From Polyangiales bacterium (GTDB taxonomy: Bacteria > Myxococcota_A > Polyangia > Polyangiales > Polyangiaceae): DNA of 64,000 bases. Position 1 is the first letter of the stretch. Every line of letters begins with the position of its first letter. The position numbers and the translations under genes are program-made. The stretch covers positions 32,001-96,000 of the forward strand of contig JBBRLQ010000017.1 of assembly GCA_038231275.1 (NCBI GenBank), in the 5' to 3' direction. Shown piece after piece: positions 56,481 to 64,000 of this stretch. The notes beneath the pieces are model-generated. The model was not told the DNA's origin and did no database searches. It saw nothing but the letters and a program-made list of their open reading frames with translations.

Positions 56481-57628
56481 GGGCGTTCGTCCACGGCCTC
56501 TTCGTGACGATGGGTGTGATCGCCGCGCTCGTGGCGGCGGCGGCCTACCCGATCCTCTCGAGGACCGACGCGTGGTGGAGCGCGAAATGGGCGGCGCCGT
56601 GGTGGCTCGTCGGCGTCGTCCTCGTCCCGTACGTGGTGTACCGCGCGACGTTCGGTTCGGACCTTCGCGTCCCGCGCCTCACGCTGCCGACGGTCGCGCC
56701 GCTCGTCACCGGTCCGCGCGGTCTGCGCACGCGCTTCCGCTACGTGCCCGGCGTGCTGCGTGGCGCCGCGCTCGTGATGGGCCTCCTCGCGCTCGCGCGA
56801 CCGCAGAACGTGCTGCGCGGCGAGGACGCAGAGGAGCGCGGCATCGACATGGTCGTCGTGCTCGATCTCAGCGGCTCGATGCGCGCGCTCATGGACGCGC
56901 CGGAAGGTCCGTCGCCGCAGAAGCCCTCCGCCCCCGACAAGCACGCGCGCCGCCTCACGCGCCTCGACACCGCGAAGGAGGTCATCCTCGACTTCATCGC
57001 GCGCAGGAAGACCGATCGCATCGGCGTCGTCGTCTTCGGTCGCGCGGCGTACATCCTCTCGCCCCCCACCCTCGACAAGACGCTGCTCGCGGCCCTCGTC
57101 GGGAAGATGGAGCTCGATCTCATCGACGGCAACGGCACCGCGATCGGCGACGCGGTGGGCACCGCGGTGGCGCGCCTCCGCCGGAGCACCGCGCGATCGA
57201 AGGCGATCATTCTCCTGACCGACGGCGACTCGAACGCCGGGTCGATCGCCCCCGAGTACTCGTCCCACCTCGCCCAGACGCAGGGCGTGCGAGTGTACAC
57301 GGTGCAGATCGGCAACGGAGACGAGGTCGACGTGCTCGACGGCGTGGATCTGTTCGGCCAGCCCCGCTACGTGCGCGCGCATTTTCCGGTGAACCCCGAG
57401 CTGCTCAAGAAGATCGCGGCCGACACCGGCGGCGATTCGTTCGTCGCGACCGACAAGCGCGGGCTCGAGCAGAGCATGCACTCGATCCTCGACAAGCTCG
57501 AAAAGACGCGGTTCGAGGCCCAGGCGGCGACGATGGAGGACCTCTTCCCGCTCCTCTTGATCCCGGCGGTCGTCCTCATCGCGCTCGAAGCGCTCGTCCG
57601 GCTCCTCCTCGTCAGGAGGTTCCCCTGA
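56477..57628 (+). CDS. batA: VWA domain protein, BatA-like
   Basis: LALARPQ, DLSGSM (MIDAS), DRIGVVVF, GTAIGDA, LLTDGDSN and LLKKIA; ATGA overlap. Confidence 0.88.
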   Translation: MRAFVHGLFVTMGVIAALVAAAAYPILSRTDAWWSAKWAAPWWLVGVVLVPYVVYRATFGSDLRVPRLTLPTVAPLVTGPRGLRTRFRYVPGVLRGAALVMGLLALARPQNVLRGEDAEERGIDMVVVLDLSGSMRALMDAPEGPSPQKPSAPDKHARRLTRLDTAKEVILDFIARRKTDRIGVVVFGRAAYILSPPTLDKTLLAALVGKMELDLIDGNGTAIGDAVGTAVARLRRSTARSKAIILLTDGDSNAGSIAPEYSSHLAQTQGVRVYTVQIGNGDEVDVLDGVDLFGQPRYVRAHFPVNPELLKKIAADTGGDSFVATDKRGLEQSMHSILDKLEKTRFEAQAATMEDLFPLLLIPAVVLIALEALVRLLLVRRFP

Positions 57629-58689
57629 TGAAGCTCCACTACGATTTCACGTCGCTGCCGGTCCTGCTCGTCGCGCTCCTGTGTGTCGGCGTGCTCGGCA
57701 CATTTGCGACGGTGCTCGTCCTCGCGTCGTTCGCGCGCGTGCGCGCGGAGAAGCGCTTCGGGGAGCCGAGCCTCGTGCACGCGCTCGGAACGTACGACGC
57801 GACGGCGCGGCGCGCGTGGAAGGGGGTGCTCCTCGTCGTGGCGCTGGCGGCGGCGTTCTTGGCGCTCGCGCGACCGCAGTTCGGGCGCGGCACCCGCCTC
57901 ATCCCCGCGACCAATCTCGACGTCGTGATCGTGCTCGATTTCTCGAAGAGCATGTACGCCCGCGACATCGCCCCCAGCCGCATCGCGCGCGCGAAGGCGG
58001 AGGTGGCGCAGCTCGTCCGCGCCCTCCCCGGCGCGCGCTTCGGCGCGGTCGCGTTCGCGGGCGAGCCGATGAGCTTCCCGCTCACCAGCGACGGCGCGGC
58101 GATCGCCCAGTTTTTCCGGCAGCTCGAGCCCAACGACATGCCGGTCGGCGGCACCGCCACGGCGCGCGCCCTCGAGAAGGCGCGTGAGCTGTTCGCCAGC
58201 GACCCGAAGTCGAAGGATCACGTGCGCGTCATCGTGCTCGTGACCGACGGCGAGGATCTCGAGGGCGATCCGGTCTCCGTCGCGCAGGCGTGCGCCGCCG
58301 AGAAGACGCGCATCGACGTCGTCCAGATTGGCGGACGCGCGCCCGAGGTGCTGCCCGAGGTGAACGCCGAGGGGAAGGTCGTCGGCCTGCGCCACGACGA
58401 GGACGGCAAGCCGCTCACCACCGAGCTGTCGGCGGAGGGCGAGGCGCAGCTGGCGAAGGTCGCGACCGAGACCGGCGGGACCATCGTGCGCTCGGAGCAT
58501 GGCGAGACCGGCATCGACAAGATCGCGCGCGGCCTGTCGAAGATGATGCGCGAGGAGCTGAGCGAGAAGGTGGAGACGGTGTTCGCCGAGGAGTACCGGT
58601 GGCCGCTCGGCCTCGCGCTGCTCCTGCTCGCGCTCGAGGCAGTGATCGGCGAAGCGCCGCGACGGAGGCGAAATGCGCGCCCCGCGTGA
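57628..58689 (+). CDS. batB: VWA domain protein, BatB-like
   Basis: LARPQFG, DFSKSMYARDIAPSRI, PLTSD and VTDGED; TGATG overlap. Confidence 0.88.
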   Translation: MKLHYDFTSLPVLLVALLCVGVLGTFATVLVLASFARVRAEKRFGEPSLVHALGTYDATARRAWKGVLLVVALAAAFLALARPQFGRGTRLIPATNLDVVIVLDFSKSMYARDIAPSRIARAKAEVAQLVRALPGARFGAVAFAGEPMSFPLTSDGAAIAQFFRQLEPNDMPVGGTATARALEKARELFASDPKSKDHVRVIVLVTDGEDLEGDPVSVAQACAAEKTRIDVVQIGGRAPEVLPEVNAEGKVVGLRHDEDGKPLTTELSAEGEAQLAKVATETGGTIVRSEHGETGIDKIARGLSKMMREELSEKVETVFAEEYRWPLGLALLLLALEAVIGEAPRRRRNARPA

Positions 58690-59611
58690 GCTCTTCGCCG
58701 CGCTCGCGGCGACGTCGATGGCGCTCGGCGCGTGCGGATGGGATCCGTCACACCCGTTCGATCGCGACGCGCCCCAGGTGAAGCAAGCGGTCGCCGCGCT
58801 CGACGCCGGCGACGCCACTGCCGCGACGGCGACGCTCGAGGAGTACCTCTCGACGGGCGTATGCGACGAGGGGAAGATCGGCACTCCCGACGTGCTGAAG
58901 AAACGCCCCAATGGAACGTTCGATCTCGGGCTCTCTTTGTTCGGCATCGGCGAGTCGTATGGCCGGCGGTTCGGCGACGAGGAGCTCGACTCCGGCGCCG
59001 ACGACAAGGCGCTCCGCTCCGCGCAGATCGACTGCGCGCTCCGCGTCGTGCGCGCGATCGCCACCGACGAAAAGGCGGACCTGCCGCTCCGCGCGCACGC
59101 ACGGTACCTCGAGGGGAACTTGCTCTTCCTCGGCGCGCGCTACGAGGAGGCCGTCACTGCCTACGACGAGTCGCTCCGCCTCACGCCGGGCCTGGCCGAC
59201 GCCGGCGATCCGAGCGCGCGCGACGCCGCATGGAATCGCGCGGTCGCCCTCCGCCGCATCGAGGACAAGAAGGACGCCGGTCCTGACGCCTCCCCTGACT
59301 CCGGCAACGACGGCGGCAAGGATGGCGGCGGCGACTCCGGCAAAAAGGATGGCGGCGGCGACTCCGGCAAGAACGACGGCGGCAGTGACTCGGGGAGCAA
59401 GAACGACGGCGGAAAGGACTCCGGCGGCGGCAACGACTCCGGCAGCCCTCCGCCCAAGCAAGACGAGGACGCGGGGCCGCCTCCGCCGCCGCGCGCGAAC
59501 CAGGACGAGCGCATGCTCGACCAGCTCGAGAACGCTCCGACGGTGCAGCAAGAGGCCGCGAAGAAGAACGCCCAGAAGCGCCGCATCGTGCGCGGCATGG
59601 CGGACAAATGA
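58673..59611 (+). CDS. TPR lipoprotein, BatC-like, with DxG repeat linker
   Basis: Lipobox LGAC; YLEGNLLF..YEEAVTAY..DAAWN; DGGKDGGGDSG repeats; ERMLDQLE; position in the operon. Confidence 0.75.
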   Translation: MRAPRELFAALAATSMALGACGWDPSHPFDRDAPQVKQAVAALDAGDATAATATLEEYLSTGVCDEGKIGTPDVLKKRPNGTFDLGLSLFGIGESYGRRFGDEELDSGADDKALRSAQIDCALRVVRAIATDEKADLPLRAHARYLEGNLLFLGARYEEAVTAYDESLRLTPGLADAGDPSARDAAWNRAVALRRIEDKKDAGPDASPDSGNDGGKDGGGDSGKKDGGGDSGKNDGGSDSGSKNDGGKDSGGGNDSGSPPPKQDEDAGPPPPPRANQDERMLDQLENAPTVQQEAAKKNAQKRRIVRGMADK

Positions 59612-61485
59612 CGCCGGCCTCGCCCGCCGTCCTCACCCGTCTTTTCGCGGTGCTTTGCGCGTTCGGCGTGCTGGTCGTCACGCGCCCCGCCGCCGCCGCA
59701 CCGCCCGAGCTACGCACGCAGATCACCGCCGACACGATCGGCGTCGGCGAGGTGATCCAGCTTCAGCTCCAGGCGATGAGCACGGGCCCCGAGCGGCCTG
59801 CTGATCCCCGCCCGGGGAACATCAACGGCTTCAGCCTGCGCGGCACGAGCGTGTCGCCGAGCACGCAGACGATCATCATCAACGGTGTTCGCACCGACAA
59901 GGTCGGCGTGACCGCGACGTGGAGCCTGTGCGCAGACAGACCTGGCACCTTCACGATCGGACCGCCGACGGTGAGCGTGGGAGGTCGTCGCTTCAGCGGG
60001 CAGCCCGCGAAGATCATGGTGCTCCCGGCTGGCCACGCCCCGCCGCGGCCTCAAGGCGGCGTCGTCGATCCGATGGATCCGTGGAAAGGGATCTTCGGCT
60101 TCGACTTCGGAAACGCTCCCGATCGCGAGGAAGATCCGCGGATCACGACGGATCCGAAGCTGTCGCTCGACGCGCCGCGGGGCGCGACCGCGTTTTTGCA
60201 CGCGACGATCGATCGCGCGCGCGTGGTCGTCGGCGAGCAGGTCACGCTGTCGGTTCTTCTTTACGTCGACGCGATGGAACGCGAGCCCGATTTCACCGAC
60301 GTGCACGAGGCGACCGCTGGCGACTTCCTGAAGCGATCCTTGCTCGACAACGACGCGCAGCCGCGCTTCCTCGGCGCGGCGCTCGTGGGCGGGCGGCTCT
60401 ACAACGTGAAGATGATCCGGAAGAGCGCGCTCTTCCCGCTCAAGACGGGCTCGCTCGAGATCGGCCCGATGACGCTCTCGCTTGCGCGCGCGCGTGGAGA
60501 CGCGAAGCGCGAGAGCGAGCCGGTGCGCGTCGATGTCACCGAGCCTCCGGTCGCCGGACGCCCCGCCGGGTACATCGTCGGCGACGTCGGGCACTTCGAG
60601 ATCTCCACGGAAGTGACGCCGCGCGACGTCGAGCGCGGGGGCGCGGTGGGGGTGACGATCGAGCTCGGGGGCACGGGAAATCTCCCCTCGCAGCTCCCCG
60701 TGCCGACGCGCGCCGGTGTGGAGTGGCTGACGCCGGAGACCCACGAGAAGCTCGGCTCCACGCGCGGGACCGATCGCTTCGGCGGTAAGCGGACGTTCTC
60801 GTACGTCGTGCGAATGCAGACCGCGGGCGACGTGGACCTCGGCGAGCTCCAAGTGCCGTACTGGGACCCGGACGCGCGGACGTACGGCGTCGCGCGCGGG
60901 AAGCTCGGCGTCGTGCACGTGAAGGGCACGAGCGCGCCGTCCGCCGCCGACGCGCCGGTCGAAGCGCTGCCCGGTCTGCCGGAAGCGCGGCCCGCGCTCG
61001 CAGGTGGAAGGCCGGCCCTGCGGCGATTCGGCGATTCGTGGCTGTACTGGGCGGGGCTGCTGGTGGCGCCGCTCGCCTACCCGTTCTTTGCGGGCGCACG
61101 GGCGGCGTCACGTCGCGCTCGAGCGCGGCGCGCCGAGAAGGCCGGCGATCCGCGGACCGACATGAACGCGCGCATCGCCGAAGCGGAGACCCATGCCCGC
61201 GGCGCCGACGCGAAGGCGCTCGATCTCGCGACGGCGCGCGCGCTCGAGGCGAGCACCGTCGCGTGCGCCAACGTGAGCCTGCGCGCCGCGACCGGCGACG
61301 CCGCGGCCGAGGAGCTCTCGAAAGCCGGCGCGACCGAGGACGACGCGCGATCGCTCGCGGAGCTCTATCGCACCTGCCAAGCGGCGCGCTTTTCGCCGGA
61401 GGCCGTGCCCATCGAGGACGCGCGCGCCCGCTGGAAACAAGCGCGCGCACTCATCAAGGCGCTCGGGAAGGCGCGGGCGGCGTGA
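59608..61485 (+). CDS. batD: BatD family protein
   Basis: IGVGEVIQL, STQTIIING, GTFTIGP, VVGEQV, ALFP, VGHF, GTGNL and YWDP. Confidence 0.82.
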   Translation: MTPASPAVLTRLFAVLCAFGVLVVTRPAAAAPPELRTQITADTIGVGEVIQLQLQAMSTGPERPADPRPGNINGFSLRGTSVSPSTQTIIINGVRTDKVGVTATWSLCADRPGTFTIGPPTVSVGGRRFSGQPAKIMVLPAGHAPPRPQGGVVDPMDPWKGIFGFDFGNAPDREEDPRITTDPKLSLDAPRGATAFLHATIDRARVVVGEQVTLSVLLYVDAMEREPDFTDVHEATAGDFLKRSLLDNDAQPRFLGAALVGGRLYNVKMIRKSALFPLKTGSLEIGPMTLSLARARGDAKRESEPVRVDVTEPPVAGRPAGYIVGDVGHFEISTEVTPRDVERGGAVGVTIELGGTGNLPSQLPVPTRAGVEWLTPETHEKLGSTRGTDRFGGKRTFSYVVRMQTAGDVDLGELQVPYWDPDARTYGVARGKLGVVHVKGTSAPSAADAPVEALPGLPEARPALAGGRPALRRFGDSWLYWAGLLVAPLAYPFFAGARAASRRARARRAEKAGDPRTDMNARIAEAETHARGADAKALDLATARALEASTVACANVSLRAATGDAAAEELSKAGATEDDARSLAELYRTCQAARFSPEAVPIEDARARWKQARALIKALGKARAA

Positions 61486-62318
61486 CGGTCTCGGCGCGCC
61501 TAGTCGCCATCGCGATGGCGATCGTCGCGGCGCTGGCGATCGTGACCGGCGACGCTCGCGCCGACGCGGAGACCGACGATCTCGTGAAGGCAGGGACCCT
61601 CGCGCTCGCCGCCGGGAAGCCGGCGGAGGCGATCGGGAGCTTCGAGGCCCTCGCCGATCGCGGCGTCGTCGACGCGAACATGAGCCTCGATCGCGGCCTG
61701 GCGTACGCCCTTCGCGTCAAGCTCGGCGCCGACGCTCCCGGCGATCTGGGTCGGGCGGCGCACGGCTTCGAAGAGGCGCGCGCGCTCACCGCGGAGCCGG
61801 TCTTCGCCGCCGAATGCGCGCGCGCGCTCACGACCGTCCGCGCCGAGGTCGCCCGGCGTCGCGCGCGCTCCGGCGAGGCGCCGAGCCTCGAGCCCGGCGC
61901 GTCTCTCGCGCGGAGCGTCGCCCACCTCACGTCGGAGAACGGCTGGGCGCTGCTGTCGCTCGCGACGTCGCTGCTGTTCGGCGTCGGCCTCTTCGTGCGC
62001 GGCCTCGGCGAGGCGCGGCGCGCGCGGATCGGCGGAGCCATCGTCGCGTCGATCGCCGTCCCTGCCCTGCTGCTCGGGATCGCGATGCATGTCTTCGCGA
62101 AAGACGAGCGCCTTCACTTGGTCGAAGGGGTGGTCGTGGTGGCGAGCGCGCGCCTCACCGACGACGCGCACCGCCCGCTCCCCGACGCGCCGTTCGTCCC
62201 CGAGGCGGCGAAGGTCGAGATCCTCGATACCCGTGCCGGTTGGGCACGCGTGAGGTGGGGCGCGCTCGACGGCTGGATCTCCTCGAGCGCCGTACGCCCG
62301 ATCGCCCGTCTGCCCTGA
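61482..62318 (+). CDS. TPR + SH3-like protein, BatE-like
   Basis: GTGA overlap; TPR-like N-terminus; two TM helices; C-terminal PEAAKVEILD..GWARV..DGWI (SH3b-like). Confidence 0.72.
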   Translation: MTVSARLVAIAMAIVAALAIVTGDARADAETDDLVKAGTLALAAGKPAEAIGSFEALADRGVVDANMSLDRGLAYALRVKLGADAPGDLGRAAHGFEEARALTAEPVFAAECARALTTVRAEVARRRARSGEAPSLEPGASLARSVAHLTSENGWALLSLATSLLFGVGLFVRGLGEARRARIGGAIVASIAVPALLLGIAMHVFAKDERLHLVEGVVVVASARLTDDAHRPLPDAPFVPEAAKVEILDTRAGWARVRWGALDGWISSSAVRPIARLP

Positions 62319-62417
62319 ACGCGGCATGCTAGGATTTCCGCGCGATCGGCGCGCGCGCCGCGCGTCTCTGACGACGTCGCGCACTGGAAACGCCCGCGAA
62401 CGCGGCCTTCCCGAAAA

Positions 62418-63785
62418 ATGCTCCACATTCTACTGGTCGAAGACGATCCCGATGTCCGTAGCGCGCTTCGTGGCGCGATGGAGGAGCCTGGCCATCACGT
62501 GGACGCCGTGGCGGACGGCGCGGCGGCGCTCGAGAAGCTTGCGGGGCAGGTCTTCGATCTGGTGGTGACCGACCTTCGGCTGCCAAAGATCGACGGCCTC
62601 ACCGTGTTTCGACGGACGCGGGCGCTCGCACCCAGCACCGACGTGATCCTCATGACGTCGTTCGGTGCTGTCGCCGACGCGGTCGCCGCGCTGAAGGAGG
62701 GGGCGTACGACTACCTCACGAAGCCATTCGAGCTCGACGATCTCGCAGCGCGCGTGCGCGCGATCGCCGACAAGCGCGCCCTCACGCGCGAGCTCGAGGA
62801 GGCGCGCGCGCAGCTCGCCGGGGCGGCCGACGGCGCGATCGTGGGAGGCGCGCCCGCGGTCGTCCGGCTCCTCGAGCGGCTCGGCACCGTCGCGCAGAGC
62901 GACGCGTCAGTCTTGGTGACGGGCGAGACCGGCACCGGAAAGGAGCTCGTCGCGCGGCGTATCCACGCCAAGAGCCCGCGCCACGCCGGGCCGTTCGTCG
63001 CGATCAACTGCGCCGCGTTCCCCGACACGCTCCTCGAAGCCGAGCTCTTCGGCTACGAGCGCGGCGCGTTCACCGGCGCGGCCAAGCGGCGCGACGGCCG
63101 GTTCAAGGCCGCCGACAAGGGCACGCTCCTCCTCGACGAGATCGCCGAGATGTCCCTGCCCGCGCAGGCCAAGCTCCTGCGCGTCCTGCAAGAGGGCATC
63201 ATCGAGCCGCTCGGCACCAACACGGGCGTGAAGGTCGACGTCCGGGTGATCTCCTCGACACACCGCGACCTCAAGCGCCGCACCGCCGAGGGCCTCTTCC
63301 GCGAAGACCTCTACTACCGCCTCAACGTCGTCGGCCTCCACATCCCTCCGCTCCGCGAGCGGCCCGGCGATCTGCCGCTGCTCTTGCAGCATTTTTTGCG
63401 ACGCTACGTGGGGCCGGGAGATCCGCTCCCGGAGGTGTCGGTGTCGGCGTGGCAGGCGCTCACGACCTACCCCTTCCTCGGCAACGTGCGGGAGTTCGGG
63501 CACGCGATCCAACACGCGGTCGTCCTCGCTGCGGGCGCCCCCATCGAGATGTCACACTTGCCCGACGACATCGCGCGAGCGCTCGTGCAGCGCCCCGCCG
63601 AAGAGCGCGCGATTCGCCCGCTCAGCGTGGCGGTCAAGCAGGCCGAGCGCGAGCACATCCTCAAGGCGCTCGCCGTCGCGAAGGGCAAGCGCACGCGCGC
63701 CGCAGAAATCCTGGGGATCTCGCGCAAGAACCTGTGGGAGAAGCTCCGCGCGCACGATCTGTCGGACTCCGACGTCGACGACTGA
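62418..63785 (+). CDS. NtrC/AtoC-family sigma54 response regulator
   Basis: Receiver motifs VEDD..TDLRLP..YLTKPF; GETGTGKE; GAFTGA; FREDLYYRL; Fis HTH AAEILGISRKNLWEK. Confidence 0.96.
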   Translation: MLHILLVEDDPDVRSALRGAMEEPGHHVDAVADGAAALEKLAGQVFDLVVTDLRLPKIDGLTVFRRTRALAPSTDVILMTSFGAVADAVAALKEGAYDYLTKPFELDDLAARVRAIADKRALTRELEEARAQLAGAADGAIVGGAPAVVRLLERLGTVAQSDASVLVTGETGTGKELVARRIHAKSPRHAGPFVAINCAAFPDTLLEAELFGYERGAFTGAAKRRDGRFKAADKGTLLLDEIAEMSLPAQAKLLRVLQEGIIEPLGTNTGVKVDVRVISSTHRDLKRRTAEGLFREDLYYRLNVVGLHIPPLRERPGDLPLLLQHFLRRYVGPGDPLPEVSVSAWQALTTYPFLGNVREFGHAIQHAVVLAAGAPIEMSHLPDDIARALVQRPAEERAIRPLSVAVKQAEREHILKALAVAKGKRTRAAEILGISRKNLWEKLRAHDLSDSDVDD

Positions 63786-63805
63786 AGCGGCGAGGGTGAG
63801 GCGAA

Positions 63806-64000
63806 TCAGCTCGCGGCCGCCTTCTTCGGCAGCGTGAACCAGAAGACCGAGCCGAGCCCCGGCGACGAGCGAACGCCGACCTGACCGCCGTGCGCGACGC
63901 AGAATCGCTTCACGGTCGCAAGGCCGAGGCCGAGGCCGGGCTGCGTCACGCCTTGCGCGCGCACGTACGGTTCGAAGATCACCGATTCGAGGCCGAGCGG
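63806..64000 (-). CDS. Sensor histidine kinase, C-terminal HATPase_c fragment (runs off the window)
   Basis: Translates to ..[45 protein letters not shown]..stop (F and G2 boxes). Confidence 0.88.
   Translation of the reverse strand, partial: PLGLESVIFEPYVRAQGVTQPGLGLGLATVKRFCVAHGGQVGVRSSPGLGSVFWFTLPKKAAAS

Overview
Very GC-rich (roughly 70% by eye), gene-dense bacterial DNA with about 51 CDS. I found no rRNA, tRNA, CRISPR array or transposase. Gene content points to a myxobacterium, probably Polyangiaceae/Sorangiineae-like (inference): three Hanks-type kinases (two with HRDV[ST]PQN loops), TPR/PEGA proteins, an FHA-sigma54 activator, MYXO-CTERM-like tails and Cys-rich lipoproteins. Main blocks: (1) 0-14 kb, a phosphothreonine signalling region with a 3xFHA ABC transporter, PP2C, VWA-FHA, Zn-ribbon-FHA, TPR/PEGA, kinase and lipoprotein. 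(2) 14-20 kb, a Ddl-like ATP-grasp ligase, a multi-TM kinase and larB-larC-Zn peptidase. (3) 21-29 kb, a tightly coupled operon with an MFS transporter fused in frame to a PHB-depolymerase-family esterase, two more esterase paralogues, a lipase and a porin, preceded by a sigma54-type promoter and palindromes. (4) 29-33 kb, a TPR/PEGA-kinase-FHA/sigma54 activator operon followed by a FabH-like remnant. (5) tamA-tamB converging on a 3xDsbA-FKBP fusion. (6) a moxR/DUF58/bat operon split by three unrelated genes, then an NtrC-type regulator and a partial histidine kinase. The best candidate for an undescribed system is blocks 3 and 4 together: a PUL-like polyester/ester utilisation locus, possibly switched on by a trans-envelope Ser/Thr kinase to FHA-bEBP to sigma54 relay. 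All family calls come from reading motifs by eye; no database search was run.
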